A stretch of 64,000 nucleotides of DNA, from assembly GCA_010909165.1 (NCBI GenBank), contig VJWM01000186.1:310001-374000 (forward strand). Direction: 5' to 3'. The position numbers were made by a program, and so were the translations under genes. Shown here in pieces: positions 38,633 through 51,651 of this stretch. The stretch is from Anthoceros angustus. Its lineage: Eukaryota; Plantae; Anthocerotophyta. Each line of letters begins with the position of its first letter. Within the stretch, counting starts at the first letter, position 1. A model generated the notes under the pieces. It was not told the DNA's origin. It saw only the letters and a list, made by a program, of their open reading frames with translations, and did no database searches.

Positions 38633-39000
38633 TGTGAAATGCACAAGTTTGGGCAACCAGCCCAAAAGAGCCGGAGGACGAACAAACTTGATTTTTTTTT
38701 GGCTAAAAATGATTGGAGGGGATCATGCCGGGAATCTTCTGAATTCTTTGAAGTTGGAGTTGTAGGGTATTGGTGGGGAAGCAAGGAGGATATCCCAGGG
38801 AAAAGAAACGGGTCAAAATGACTTCTTGTGAAATGCACAAGTTTGGGCAACTTAAAAATGGGAGACGAACAAACTTGATTTTTTGGCTAAAAATGATTGG
38901 AGGATCATTGCAGGAATCTTCAATTCTTTGAAGTTGGAGTTGTAGGGTATTGGTGGGAAGCAAGGAGGATATCCTGTGAAGAAAGCGGGTCAAAATGACT
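38633..39000. repeat. ~190-bp tandem duplication in the gypsy 3' region
   Basis: TGTGAAATGCACAAGTTTGGGCAAC at 38633 and 38827. Confidence 0.85.
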
Positions 39001-39708
39001 CTCGGTAATGGAAAGTCCGTCAAGGGGCGGTAGGTCGGCAGACCACCGTAGGTTGCCACATTCGCCCAGAGGCTGCTTAAAGAGTAGACTAAGTGAAGCC
39101 TCCAGGTGGGAGTCATCCGAGAAGGGCAAAGTGCAATTTTGGAAGCGCCAATTTTCTCTTCGAGTGGGGACGTCCACACTCCACGAAGGACTGAGACTGG
39201 AGTTGGAGCGTAAGTGCAAGAAAGGAGGAAGGCCGCCATCGCCATCGTCGCCGCGACTCGCAGCGGGAAGGAAGGTGGCGCGCGAGAAGGAGACGGACTG
39301 TGTGTGCGCTGAAGGCTAGGAGGAAACCCTAGCTCTAGGCAATCGGCGAAGAAGAAAAGGAAAGGAAAAAGAGGCGGAGGAGAGGCAGTCGCTGTGGAGC
39401 GTAAAGGGGCACCAGGGGCTGCGGGAAGGCACCGAGGAAGGCTGACGTTGGAAGTTGGAGCACCAAGGGTGACGCGGTAACGGCGGTTGAAAGCACGGCG
39501 TGAGACGCAGAGCTGGATTGCGGAGGGCGCCCTTGAAAGAGGCGGAGGAGGAGGAGGAGGAGGAGGCGCTCAACGTGCCGTTGTGTTTCACCGGGTCTGC
39601 TGCTGAGAAGGAGAAGCACTTGGGAACGAAGCCTGAGGTTGCTAGTGTCTAAAATTTGGGAAGTAATCTCTTCCACACCTTAGGACACTTGGGGAGGAAA
39701 ACGCCGCC

Positions 39709-41450
39709 ATGCCTCGAGCGGGGAAAGGCAAGGTAAGGAACCACCTGCCAAGGGTTCCTCCTCGCGAGGAGAAAAAGGAAAGAAGGTAGCAGCAAAGGCT
39801 GCGCCGCTAGGAGGGGGTGAGGTCGAGATGCCCCAGTTCACTTGTTTTGGGACAACTCAACCCCCGTGATTTGGTGGATTTTCGGTGGCGAGGAAGGTAA
39901 CATCCAATTGGGATGGGTGTATGGTCGCCAATGGGCCTACACCAATTTGGAATTGATTGAGGAGTGTTACATCAACCTCCATCAATCGGAAGCAGCCCTT
40001 GCCGCGTTGCCAGAGAGGAATGCCCGGACTGATCCGCGCTGCTGGACGGTCCGAAGCATTCGACAGGTGTATGGAAGACCGGAGGAGGAGAGCTCAGGAA
40101 TCTCTCTCCTCGAGAGGACAACTGGAGGGAAGAGGATTTCCCTCTCGGAAATTCCTCAGGAGGTCCTCGACATGATGGACGGAGGAGTGAAGGCCCACGC
40201 CAAGAATGGCTGGAAGACGGACAGCATCAAGGAGCTGAAGTGGAGGCTCTTTGTGAAGATTGTGTTGGGGTTGGTAAATTATCAGCGGACTTCTTATTTC
40301 GGCACCAACTTCCGGCAATTTTTGTGGAAGATTTCGAGAGGAGCCAATCCGGATTGGGGCACAATCATGTATGAGGCCTACATCCATCACAGGGAGAAGC
40401 TCCTTAGGCCAAATTTGGTGGATGAGGAAGGGCCAAGGCCCTGTTATCTTAGCACCTATTTGGTGCATTTGTGGGAGGCAGGGGCTTCTCAGACAAGGAG
40501 CTGGAGGATGCTTGGCATCCTTCGGAAGTAATTCACCTCCAGCCAAGTTTAGAGAGGCCTTTGCCTTTCGCTTTGAGGAAGACGATGGGAGGTCAGACCT
40601 CCACAAGCGCGCTAGGGCCAAGGGCGGAGGAAGTAGAGGCAACGAGGTTGCCGGAGTGGGAAGTCCTTCCCTCCCAAGAGCGAGAAGAAGAAGAGGAGCG
40701 AGATCCGGAGGAAGAGGCGAGGAGGGCCGAATGGTAGTCTGAAGGAGGACTACCGCGAGGAGGATGCGACCCCAAGGGTGGGAGGAGTTCCCACCATTTG
40801 TGAGTGCCTAGGGAAGAGCACCCCCGTGGGAGGCCTACGGTGGGTAGGCGGACCTATGGTAGGCGGTCGACCTACCGTGGGTAGACACCCCTCGAGTGGC
40901 GGGCAACCTCGGTAGGGAAGGGGAAGGGGAAGGAGAAGCGGTCAGGCGCGGGCGTGGCTCATCACCACCCAGGTGGGAGGAGGCGGATGGGGCGGTGAGA
41001 GGACCCACGCGCTGTTCGGCGAGGGAGAGCTGCAAGAGGCCCGGTGGGAAGAAGCCCCTAGGAGATTTGCTGAGTGCTTGTGAAGCACTCAGCCGCGTGG
41101 ATTTGAAGGGGGCTAGGGAATTAGTAGCCTCCTTGTGGGCATGTCAGAAGGAAGTCAAGGCCCAAGAGATGACCGAGAGAAGAGCCGGGACCAAATGGCA
41201 ATTGGAGGCCATGGAGTCCGATGAGAAGGCAGCCAAGTTGGAGAAGGCTGTAGAGAAACTCCAGCGCGATCTTGTGGATCAGCGACGCGCGGAGAAGATC
41301 CTGGAGGGGAAGTTGACCCAAACGGAGGAAAGGGCAGTCCGGGCAACCACCCAAAGGGACTCATGGAGGCAAAAGGCAGAAGATCACTTTGCCCACCTAG
41401 AGCAGGAGAGGAAGAGCAAGGCTGAGGCTCTGGGGAGGGAAAAGCAGGCG
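39709..41450 (+). pseudogene. Gypsy sense extra 3' ORF(s): plant-transposon-domain-like region plus coiled coil
   Basis: GCCGCCATG start at 39709; NLELIEECYINL...PDWGTIMYE...PCYLSTYLVHLW; heptad-rich ORF 40896-41450. Confidence 0.6.
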
Positions 41451-41452
41451 GT

Positions 41453-44400
41453 TGTCGCGCGGTGGCTGCATAGCGCTCATGACAAGGTGCCACGTGCAAG
41501 GGTGATTATGATGAAACCACACTCACAACCCTGATTAAGATAAGCCGTATCACTCGGTTAAAAACAACAGTACCAACGGAAAATGAGTTCTTGTCCTATT
41601 CCTGGCAAAAACCCCTCACTCCCCCTTTGCCAAAGCTCGCACACGGAAGAACCCCTTGGGATCCGTATGGCTGCTCAATCGAACAAACATCAGCAATCCG
41701 CCTTCCTCGCCTATGCCCTTTATCTACCCTTTTCGGCGTTCTTCTTTGAATCCCGGCGCATCGAGCGCCGTGACGCCCAATTGATCGCCATCATGGTGAT
41801 TGGGCAATGATGCCGCCGTGACCCACAACTAATTTATCCTCTTGACGTCCGTTGTCCTCACACACCACACATACATCACACACGTCATACATGCATCACA
41901 CATGCTCATATGCATACATGCCGTGCCACACTATGCGCATGGGTGCATACATGAACATATCAGCATGGCCACCTACAGACGCACCACTCCATGTCATGAC
42001 AGCTGTCGCGCGGTGGCTGCATAGCGCTCATGACAAGGTGCCATGTGCAAGGGTGATTATGATGAAACCACACTCACAACCCTGATTAAGATAAGCCGTA
42101 TCACTCGGTTAAAAACAACAGTACCAATAGCCCCCCTGCCAAAGGAGCGGTCACAGTGTTCCTGTTGGGGCAGCACTTTGGCACTCAGATCCCATAGAAC
42201 CTACGATAGACCCTTCGAAACATGCTATCGCGTAATTAGGGCTCAGAAGGTCGCTCATGTTCCGTGCGGCCCATGGCCAACAAGGCGGCCACTCGCCTGT
42301 CTTCGGGATCAAAATACTCGTCTACTTGTGCTTTTCCCAGTCGCTGCTTCTCTCTAGCTCGATGTCGAGCCATCAACTCCTCTTCTTAGTCCATCGAGCT
42401 AGTCTTGACCGGCAAGACCGGTCCATTCAATCCATTCACATAATCGCTTTCTCAACACATCGAGCACGCAAGAAATCACCAACATTGTTATTCAGCAAGT
42501 ACCAGCATTCTGAGGTGGGTTCATCCCATTCCGTAATCCTTTCCGTGAACATTACAAGCGGTGATAGAAGGCTCTGGGGTATCCAATGGCATATCGCCCC
42601 GCCTTCTCTCGATGCAAGTGACTGAGCCATACTTGAAACCACGAAAGCCGTCGCGAGTTTCTCTTGTTGTTTGTAAACCAAAAATCCTTCCTGAGGCCAA
42701 TGGTCGAAGACCTGATGCATGAATAGTTGCTGTGAAATTGCTTTGCTCTGGGTGTGTGGCAATGCCCAGGGAACTCTCGGCTTGAGGTTAATCCACAGGG
42801 AAAGACTCTCTGGAGGTGCTCGCCATCTGGTGTCAAACTCATAGCAACCGGCCCAAGGAAGGACTTGCTGGTGGAGGCTGACCCCAGGCAGTTGTGCCGA
42901 AAGGGCGAGCCCCGGCCTACAACGACACGACATAGTTGCAGGCTCTGCCTTAGCAGCGAGGAGCCTATCGCGGGCGCCCAGGGACCCCCTGATCCGCGCT
43001 GCAATTTTGTCCCTACTTCTAAGACCACTCTTCTCCATTCAGGGAGCGCCCTTTTACTTGCAGATTTGGGATTCGTCCCTTAGGCTCTGCCTGTGGCCTT
43101 CCACTAACGTCTACACTTCTAATCCTCTACTCATCTTCTCATCCTCTTCCTCCTAGTCTAACCTCAGTTTGGGCTTACTGGCGTCGACTTGCCCTTACGG
43201 CACAACTGCCTGGGGTCGGCCTCCACCAGCAAGTTCTTCCTTGGGCCGGTTGCTATGAGTTTGACACCAGATAGCGAGAACCTCCAGGGAGTCTTTCCCT
43301 GTAGTCTAATGTGGGAGGGAAAACTCCGGGGCTTCCGAGGCTTCCCCCTCTAGCGGCCACACTTGTCTTCACTTGTGCGGCGTCGTTGGATTCGTCCCAT
43401 GAGACTTGTGTGAAAATTCGAGGTCACATGATGGCCGATCGCTACTGCTGTGACACACTTCTCTTCGAACAAGCAAGGCGCCTCTACTCTCCCTCTTGGT
43501 GCACCACTTGCCTTTGCTCAGAAAATTGCCAATCCTCGACCTACAACGACACGACACAGTTGCAGGTCCTGCCTTAGCAGCGAGGAGCCTATCACGGGCG
43601 CCCAGGGACCCCCTGATCCACACCGCAATTTCGTCCCTACTGCTAAGACCACTCTTCTCCACTCAGGGAGCGCCCTTTTACTTGCAGATTTGGGATTCGT
43701 CCCTTAGGCTCTGCCTGTGGCCTTCCACTAACGCCTACACTTCTAATCCTCTACTCATCTTCTCATCCTCTTCCTCCTAGTCTAACCTCGGTTTGGGCTT
43801 CAAGGCCGACTTGCCCTTACGGCTGGCACAGGTCGGCCTCCACCAGCAAGTTCTTCCTTGGGCCGGTTGCTATGAGTTTGACACCAGATAGCGAGAACCT
43901 CCAGGGAGTCTTTCCCTGTAGTCTAATGTGGGAGGGAAAACTCCGGGGCTTCCGAGGCTTCCCCCTCTAGCGGCCACACTTATCCCACTGTCGCTTCGTA
44001 CGTTGGATTTCGTCCCATGAGACTTGTGTGAAAATTCGAGGTCCTGTGATAACCGATCGCTACCTGCTGTGACACACTTCTCAGCCTTCTGAACAAGCAA
44101 GGCGCCTCTACTCTCCCTCTTACGGCACCGCACCTTTGCTCGAAAAATCACCAATCCTCGACCTACAACGACACGACATAGTTGCAGGCTGCCTTAGCAG
44201 AGGAGCCTATCACGGGCGCCGAGGACCCCACAGTCCACACGCAATTTCGTCCCTACTTCTAAGACCACTCTTCTCCACTCGGGGCGCTCTTTTACTTGCA
44301 GTTGGGATTCGTCCCTTAGGCTCACTGTGGCCTTCCACTAACACCTACACTCTAATCCTCTACTCATCTCTCATCCTCTTCCTCCTAGTCTAACCTCGAT

Positions 44401-46439
44401 TCGGGCTTCTTGGCGTCGGCTGTGCAGCTGGCACAGGTCGGCCTCCACAAGTTCTTCCTTGGGCGGTTGCTATGAGTTTGACACGGGGAGAACCTCCGAG
44501 TCTTTCACAGCAGTCTACCCTCAAGCCGAGAGTTCTCGGCATTGCCACACACCCAAAGCAAAGCAATTTCACGGCAACCATTCACAAGGGAGCAACTCGT
44601 TTAGGCACTTGCAGTGAGCAAGTCCTCCACCAAGCACTCAGACCCCCGACTTCCTCTCTACCCATGTTGGCTCACGGTGGCACGAAATTCCTCTGTAATG
44701 GCAAAGGACTCGATGTGGGCGCAAGACATGATACTTTACTTTGTGAAATCCTCCTCCTCTTATAGGAGGCCTTCCACATACAACCTCCCTTGGGTGACCC
44801 TCTGCAGTCACCTTTTCCAATATTCTATTATTTCCTACATTTAAGGCACGGCATCTAAGTCTCTTGTCGATCCTAGGTAAATTCTATTCTAGCAACTTCA
44901 CCTATGGCCACTCTTTAATGTTGCCAACCTACACCACCTATCCTTCCCATTCCCCAAAGCTCATTTATGGTCATTGACAATTCTCGGTCCTTATCTTGCT
45001 TTGGGGTGGCGGGTTCCCTTGTTGGTCTTCTCATCCCCTTTTTCTTTGGTCTTCCCTTTTTTTCTTTGGTCTTCCCGACCTCGACTCCCTCGACTTTTGG
45101 GGCAAGTACCTTCCACCCCGACTTTTGGGGCAAGTACCTTCCTGCCCCTTCCCACTCGGGGCGCCCGATTCCTCTTGCCATCCGGGCAATCGCGCCTTCG
45201 CGCACTCGAATGGCCCATCTTCTAGCCTCCGCGGCCGCGCTCCTTCAAAGGGCACCCTACGCGGTAGTCAGCGGACTACGGGGTAGGTGACTACCTACCA
45301 TGGTAGTCGGTCCCTATCTCCTTCCCTCTTCCTCATCGGTGATGGTCCACAGGGTTGAGATCCTTTTGCTCCTTTCCTGTTGTTTGATTTGTCCATACCT
45401 ATCATGGAGCATGTCTTCAAAGGTTCCTCCCCATTCTTGACCGATGTTGTCACCTCGCTAATTCCTCCGGGCCTTCTTTGCGTTGGTCTCCTCTCTTCTG
45501 GCTCCTCCCTTATCCAGGTGAGGGAATTTCTTACCCTCCCCTTCCTCGCCAGGTACCCGTCTTTGGTCTCCTCCGTGGCATTGCCCTCAACCACCTTATC
45601 ATCCTCCCGGTTGCTGGATCCCCGCCCTTCATCCTCAATCGGGCCTTGTGGCTGGCTCCCCTCGTCCTCGCCCTGGTACACCTTACCGTGTCAGCGGACT
45701 ACCGTGTGGCGACCTACCACGGTGATCTGGCGGACTACCGTGGTAGGGTGGTCACCCTCTGGTAGGTGACCCCTACCTTGCTCTGCGCCATCTCCTTCCT
45801 TTGGCGCCGAGGACTCATCCTCCTCTCCTTCACTTGTGGAACAAGTGACCTCCTTACTCCTGCACTTATGTTGGTAGGTTGAGCTCCTCTTTGTGATTTT
45901 TCATTCTCCTAGGGAGACAACCTCCTCCTTAACATCTCCTGTGGGGGCCAAAGTACTTGCCTCCCCTACCATCGCTCTCCCTCAATAGCACTTGCATCCA
46001 TTGCCTCCTTTGACCTCGGGTAGGTGCCTCCCCCCTGGTGGGCTGCCTCCCCTACCGTGGTAGGTTGCCTTCTTCCCTCCTGTTTCCTTATGGCACTATG
46101 GGCTCCTCTCGCCATTTCTTCTCCAAACTCCTCGGAGTCCATATCGCTTGTGACCTCATCAAAATCTAAGGCCCTGGCTTAATGCATGAGGGCCTCCCTA
46201 TCATCATCGTGTGGCCCAAGCATCCTCCTCTTCACAATTATTGTAGGCCTCCACACACACCGTGCCATCGCCCAATATTTTTGGCAATGGGTTTATACTC
46301 CAAACTACCACCATGCGCTTCATGAATTGGGGTTTCTTGGCCTTCAGAAACCCTTCACGGCATCCACACTTGGCTTCCTCCGGAACCAGCCTCATCCTTG
46401 CAGCTTGGCTCTTAGCAATCCCATGAGGAGAACAAACAC
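41453..46439 (-). mobile_element. 3' portion of a gypsy (Tat-like) element with PPT and LTR
   Basis: Minus strand GGCAGGGGGGCTAT (PPT-like, ~42127-42140) then TGGTACTG. Putative LTR 42125-41577. GGTAG/CTACC motif clusters resemble those at 8200-8320 and 40830-40920. Confidence 0.5.
42916..44510. repeat. ~623-bp tandem array (about 2.6 units) bracketed by an inverted repeat (42721-42908 versus ~44418-44583)
   Basis: CCTACAACGACACGA at 42916, 43540 and 44162. Reverse-complement match read directly. Confidence 0.85.
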
Positions 46440-47413
46440 TGATGAAATATATTAGGTATAGGGCACTATTCACTAAGGCACCTTTACTTAATGATTATTA
46501 TATGCCTAGGGCACTAAGTAGTTTTCTTTAGGTGGTTATTTAGGTAGTTAGTTGTTATAACCACTTATGGTTATAACCACTTATAGTTACAACAACTTAT
46601 GGTTGTAACCACCGACTCTACCTACTATTTAAACACTCTTGTATTTTCTATCATGTAATGCAACTCTACAAGACTCTTTTGCAAGTGCGTTTGTGCGTGA
46701 TTCTCATCATGGTATCGAGCTTGCTCTAGATGCTTGAGCACCTTGCTTGCCTCTTCTTTAGGCATGAATTCTTTTGTGCATTACTAATTTTGCAGCATGG
46801 AATTTTGGCTTGGAGGCAACTTTACAATTATGCTCAACATCATATTTTTATGATGCACAAATTGTGCATCACTTTCTTGACTCCTTCTCATGGGGCAAGG
46901 AAGTAGGAGGAGATTGAAGGCTGCATCAAGGGAGAATGCATCAAATTATAATAATTCCGATAAATTTATAGATCCAATTGAAAGAGATTCTAAATTTATT
47001 AGCAATTTTATTGGTGCAATCCTTATAAAATCAGAGAATCAAGGAGAGTTGATTGAGGTGGCTAAGAGAGATTTACTTACTTGTTTTAGTTTATCACAAG
47101 TAGAATCTCTAGTTTTAGCACTCCAACACATTCCTAATCTACATCTTTGGTCCTGTTGTGATTAGTAGCAGATTCTCTGACCTCTCCTTAAATCTATCAA
47201 AATAGATTCGAACTTAGACATGATGTCATTAGTAGACAATTGTCTTTGGCTCATGCCTTCAATCATTTGGATGCATTGAAGACTTAGATACTAAAATGTC
47301 TAAAAGTTCCCTGAAATTCACATTTTACTGCAGTTTTTTTGATATGATTGGAGCATCGTCTGAAATCTCCTCCAAGAAGCCACGGCGTAGTCGTGGTCTT
47401 TAAACATCACCGC

Positions 47414-50127
47414 CATGGCTAGTCGGGAAGATGAGGGAGAGCAACTTGACAAGAAGTCAACATCAACAAGGACCCTATTGAGACCAAATCAATGGTTGTC
47501 AATAATTATGGAGACGACTTCAAAGAAAAGGATGATTCAATGGCAAGGACTACGACGTCTGGCGCCTGCGAATGAGGGGAGTATTGCGTAACCGTGACCT
47601 ATGGGATATTGTCAGCGGAGCCTTAGAGCGCCAAGATGTAGGTCTTGACGCACAGGATGCGAAGGATGAGAGAGCCAGGATATGATTATCGATGGTCTCT
47701 CTCTCCATATGGTACGGCAAATGGCGGGGATCCTCCAAGGAAATGTGGGATCACCTCGCACAATTATACTCCTCCAAGGATGTTATGAGTCTGATGACTG
47801 CTACTCGTAACTTCCACAACCTTAAGATGAGGGAATCTGACACCATTGAACACCATATTAGTGCTTTTCGAATGGCAAGATCCCAACTTGAAGCTGCTTC
47901 CAACTCCAAGCTCTCCGAGTTAACATGCTTTGTTGCATTATTATCCTCTCTTCCATCCTCCTATAGATCATTTGTGACAACTCAAAATGCTGTATTGAGA
48001 ACAGCCCAGAAAAATATGGACAAGCATGATACCTTGGACATAAGTATAAATGAGTTGATCGGAGCATTGATACAGGAGGAGTCCAGTCGACGTCAAGACT
48101 CACGAACTAGCCGGCAGCAAGTGATGTACACAGGAAGAGGCAGAGGAAGTGGTCGCGGTCGAGGCCGCGCAAACGGACCTCCTTCCACTAAGCCTGCCAC
48201 TTCATCCAGCTTCTACAGTGGAGCTTCTCCGTCTTCTTCTACACCTGCAAGAGGTAATAAGAAGACTGGAATTATTTGCAATTGGTGCAGAATCCCAAAT
48301 CACATGGAGAAGGACTGCAGAAGGAAGAAAAATGGTGAGCCTAGGAAAGAGGCCTCACCTGGCGCACATGTTGCTGTGAAGAAACCATCCTCTTCAACTC
48401 CTTCTGCCCTTACAGTATGCGGCATCCTCCGGGCCTACAAATCAATTCTGGTACCTTGATAGTGGAGCTACCTCACACATCTGTCATGACAAAGACTCCT
48501 TTGAGTCATATTCCCCAACCACAGGACACCAGACTGTCCTCTTGGGTGATGATCACAACCTCCCAATAGCTGGTGCAGGTTCAGTTGTCCTCAGATGTTC
48601 CACAGGTCAGACTCTTCACTTACGTCATGTTCTCCATGTACCAGCCATGTGTAAAAATCTAGTCTCTGCCGCTAGTTTATGTCATGCACATACTATGCAA
48701 GTCACACTTTATGCAGATAGTTGTCTTATTTCATACACCTCCAATAAGTCACATGCCATCTGCATAGGCATACTAGAAGATGGGCTATACAAACTTTCAG
48801 CTCAAGTGGGTCCCACACATTCCATCAATGTCGTCCCCAATTCGCACCACCCAGCCATACCATGTTGTGGCATTGTCGTCTCGGTCATCCTAATAGCCAA
48901 AAATTAGTACAAATGTCTAAGGCAGGAAATCTATACCGCACACCCTGCCTTTCTCAAATTCAACACCTTCCATGGTGTGAGACTTGTGTCATTACCAAAA
49001 GACATCAAGCCCCTTTCCAGAACATCTCTCCACAGAGGGCGACATCTCCTCTAGAGCTTGTTCATACAGACATTTGTGGCCCTATCTCTACACCTTCCTT
49101 CAGTGGTAGCAGATATTTTTTGACCTTCATCGACGACTACTCCCGCTTTACACTCACCTATATCCTTAATCACAAGGGTGATACTTATCATTTCTTCAAG
49201 GACTATATGGCCTGGGCGGAGAGATTGACAGAGAAGAAACTCAAGACCTTACGTTCCGACAATGGTGGCGAGTTTACTTCTAAACAGTTTGAGGACTTTT
49301 GCCGAGCTCAAGGTATAGCTCAACAACTCACTGTTGTATACACTCCTCAACAAAATGGCGTAGCTGAAAATAAAAATCTGCGCCTTCAAGAGATCACTGG
49401 CTGCTTGTTAACCCAAGCAAATTTACCCAAAGTATATTGGGCTGAGGCACTCCTCACAGCCACATATCTCATGAATCGACTGCCCACTTATGCAGTCAAA
49501 GGTATGACACCTTACGAAGCCTTTATAGGCAAAAAGCCCTCTATTGATCATCTCGCATTTTTGGATCTCCGGCATATGTTTTTATCCCTAAAGCATTGCG
49601 TAAGAAGTTAGATCCGAAGGCGGCCAGATATACTTTTATTGGTTATACGGAAGGAATCAAGGGCTATAAATTATTTGATCCCTCCACCAAAAAGCTTCTT
49701 TATGCTCGCGTCACTTTTCATGAACATTCCCTATTTTCTCCTTCGATTGGGAGATCTAATGCCTCCCATCCTTCATCTCGATGCAGCCCTGAATGTTCTT
49801 CTTTTGATACTAGTGACTACATTATGGACTTCCCTGTTCACGCTCTCCGTGTCCCTTCCGATGGACCTATTATGCGGGAGGAGGAGGAGTTAGCCCTTCT
49901 TACGTCCCGACTCACCTTCATTAGATCGAGGAACCTCAACATTTTGAGGATATTCACGATGATCCGGACGAACTGGCGTGACCACAGTATTTAGTTGAGG
50001 ACCCTCATCAGGAATCAACCCTTCTTGAAGACGTAGAAGACGAGCAACCTGCACAAATGTACAATCTCAGAACCAGACCAACCATCCCTGGTCCTGCAGG
50101 TTGGAAGGAGCCTCCTTTGGGATACCT
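47414..50127 (+). pseudogene. Copia 2 gag, protease, integrase
   Basis: ORFs 47692, 48542, 48862 and 49596; WYLDSGATSHIC, HTDICGP, SDNGGEF, PQQNGVAE. Confidence 0.92.
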
Positions 50128-50605
50128 TAATGGAATATAGCTTATTTGAACAAAATGTGTTAAAACATAATAGTGATTTAAGTCACAATTAGAATTAGGT
50201 TTAGTTTTATTATTAGTTAATTAATAACCGTCAATAACCGTCAATAACCGTTTTTTGTATAAGACACCTTTTTCGTGCATTAGTTGAATATCTTACAATC
50301 CCAACTTGCTCTTGTCTCCCTTGCTTTCATCTTGCACGATCATCACGCATTGCACACATGCGATCCTAGGCCACAAATTCTTTATGGTATCGAGCCAATA
50401 TGCTCTGTTGATGTGATTGTTTTCTTTTTAAAAGGAAGGAAAATGCTTTAGTCCTTGCTTATCACAATGCCGTGTTGCAGGAACGTGTTTTTGTTTTTGT
50501 GGATTAGTCTTGAGTAGGCAGCAGGAACGCAATTACAAGATGTTTTTCATGTTGGGGATATTAGCCCTATGTAGGCTGCATGAATGTGGCTGCAGGCTGT
50601 AGATC

Positions 50606-50772
50606 CAAGAACGCAAACAAGCACACCTCTAAGCAAGCAAGGAAGCAGCAATCAGCATGCAGCAGCAAGAACGCAAACAAGCACACCTCTAAGCAAGCAA
50701 GCAAGCAGCAATTAGCATGCAGCAGCAAGAACGCAAACTAGCACACCTCTAAGCAAGCAAGCAAGCAGCAAT
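50606..50772. repeat. 60-bp tandem repeat (~2.8 copies) in the copia 3 leader
   Basis: CAAGAACGCAAAC at 50607, 50666 and 50726. Confidence 0.85.
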
Positions 50773-51651
50773 CAATGATCAAACAATGATCAAACAACCA
50801 ACATTTCTGATCTGCGGCTGCTCGGCTCATGTTGGGGTTATGTGCATATGCTTTGTCGGCGGTGTATGAGGCAATCGTGAGGCTGCGTGCGTGCTTGCGC
50901 CGCTGCGCCTCGAGCAATCCGGGCAAATGGGGCGAGTGCAATCGGCAGCAGCGGCACGGTGGCGGCATGGCGAAATCTGCAAGCCAAAGGAACCGGTCGA
51001 GGCGGAGGGGCTCGGTGATTGGCCCGGCTAGTCTCACAACACGCTGGCGAGGAGCCATAGCGGGCGGCAGAGGAGGAGGAGCCTCTCATGCGGAGGATCG
51101 GCGACATCCCGCGTCCTGCAGAGGAATCCTATGACCCATCGCCTCGCGTCGCGGTGGAGAAGGAAGACGGAGCATAAAACGGCATCTTTTGGCATCTTTC
51201 GAGATTCTATGCTAATAAGCGGCTTCTCGGAAATCTATAAAGGCCAGAATATCTTGTTTTTAATTTTGTTTTTTTTTTCTGTGGAGAGAGTCTTGCTAGG
51301 AAGCCTCATAATTCACCAGACCCTTAAAATTAATTAATTAATTAATCAATTAATTAATTAAAAAGGGGCTATTAAATATGTTTTTTTTTAGGCATTAGAC
51401 GCATGCATTTTGTGAGTATTAGTTTTTGCTACAATACCAATCTAGCTGCCTAGATTGTCGTAGACGTACTTTGCCCTGGTTCTAACCATTTTATGGTGTA
51501 GTTTTTATGCTTTCGACCCGTGATGGCGGTGATGGTAGTCAAGCATCAAATACTTTGTTTGGAAGTTTATTTGATACTCCGAGGCGAGCTCATGTAGTAG
51601 AGTATTCCATATGGGATTTTTCTCCTCAAGTACAATCTAGATTAAATATAA

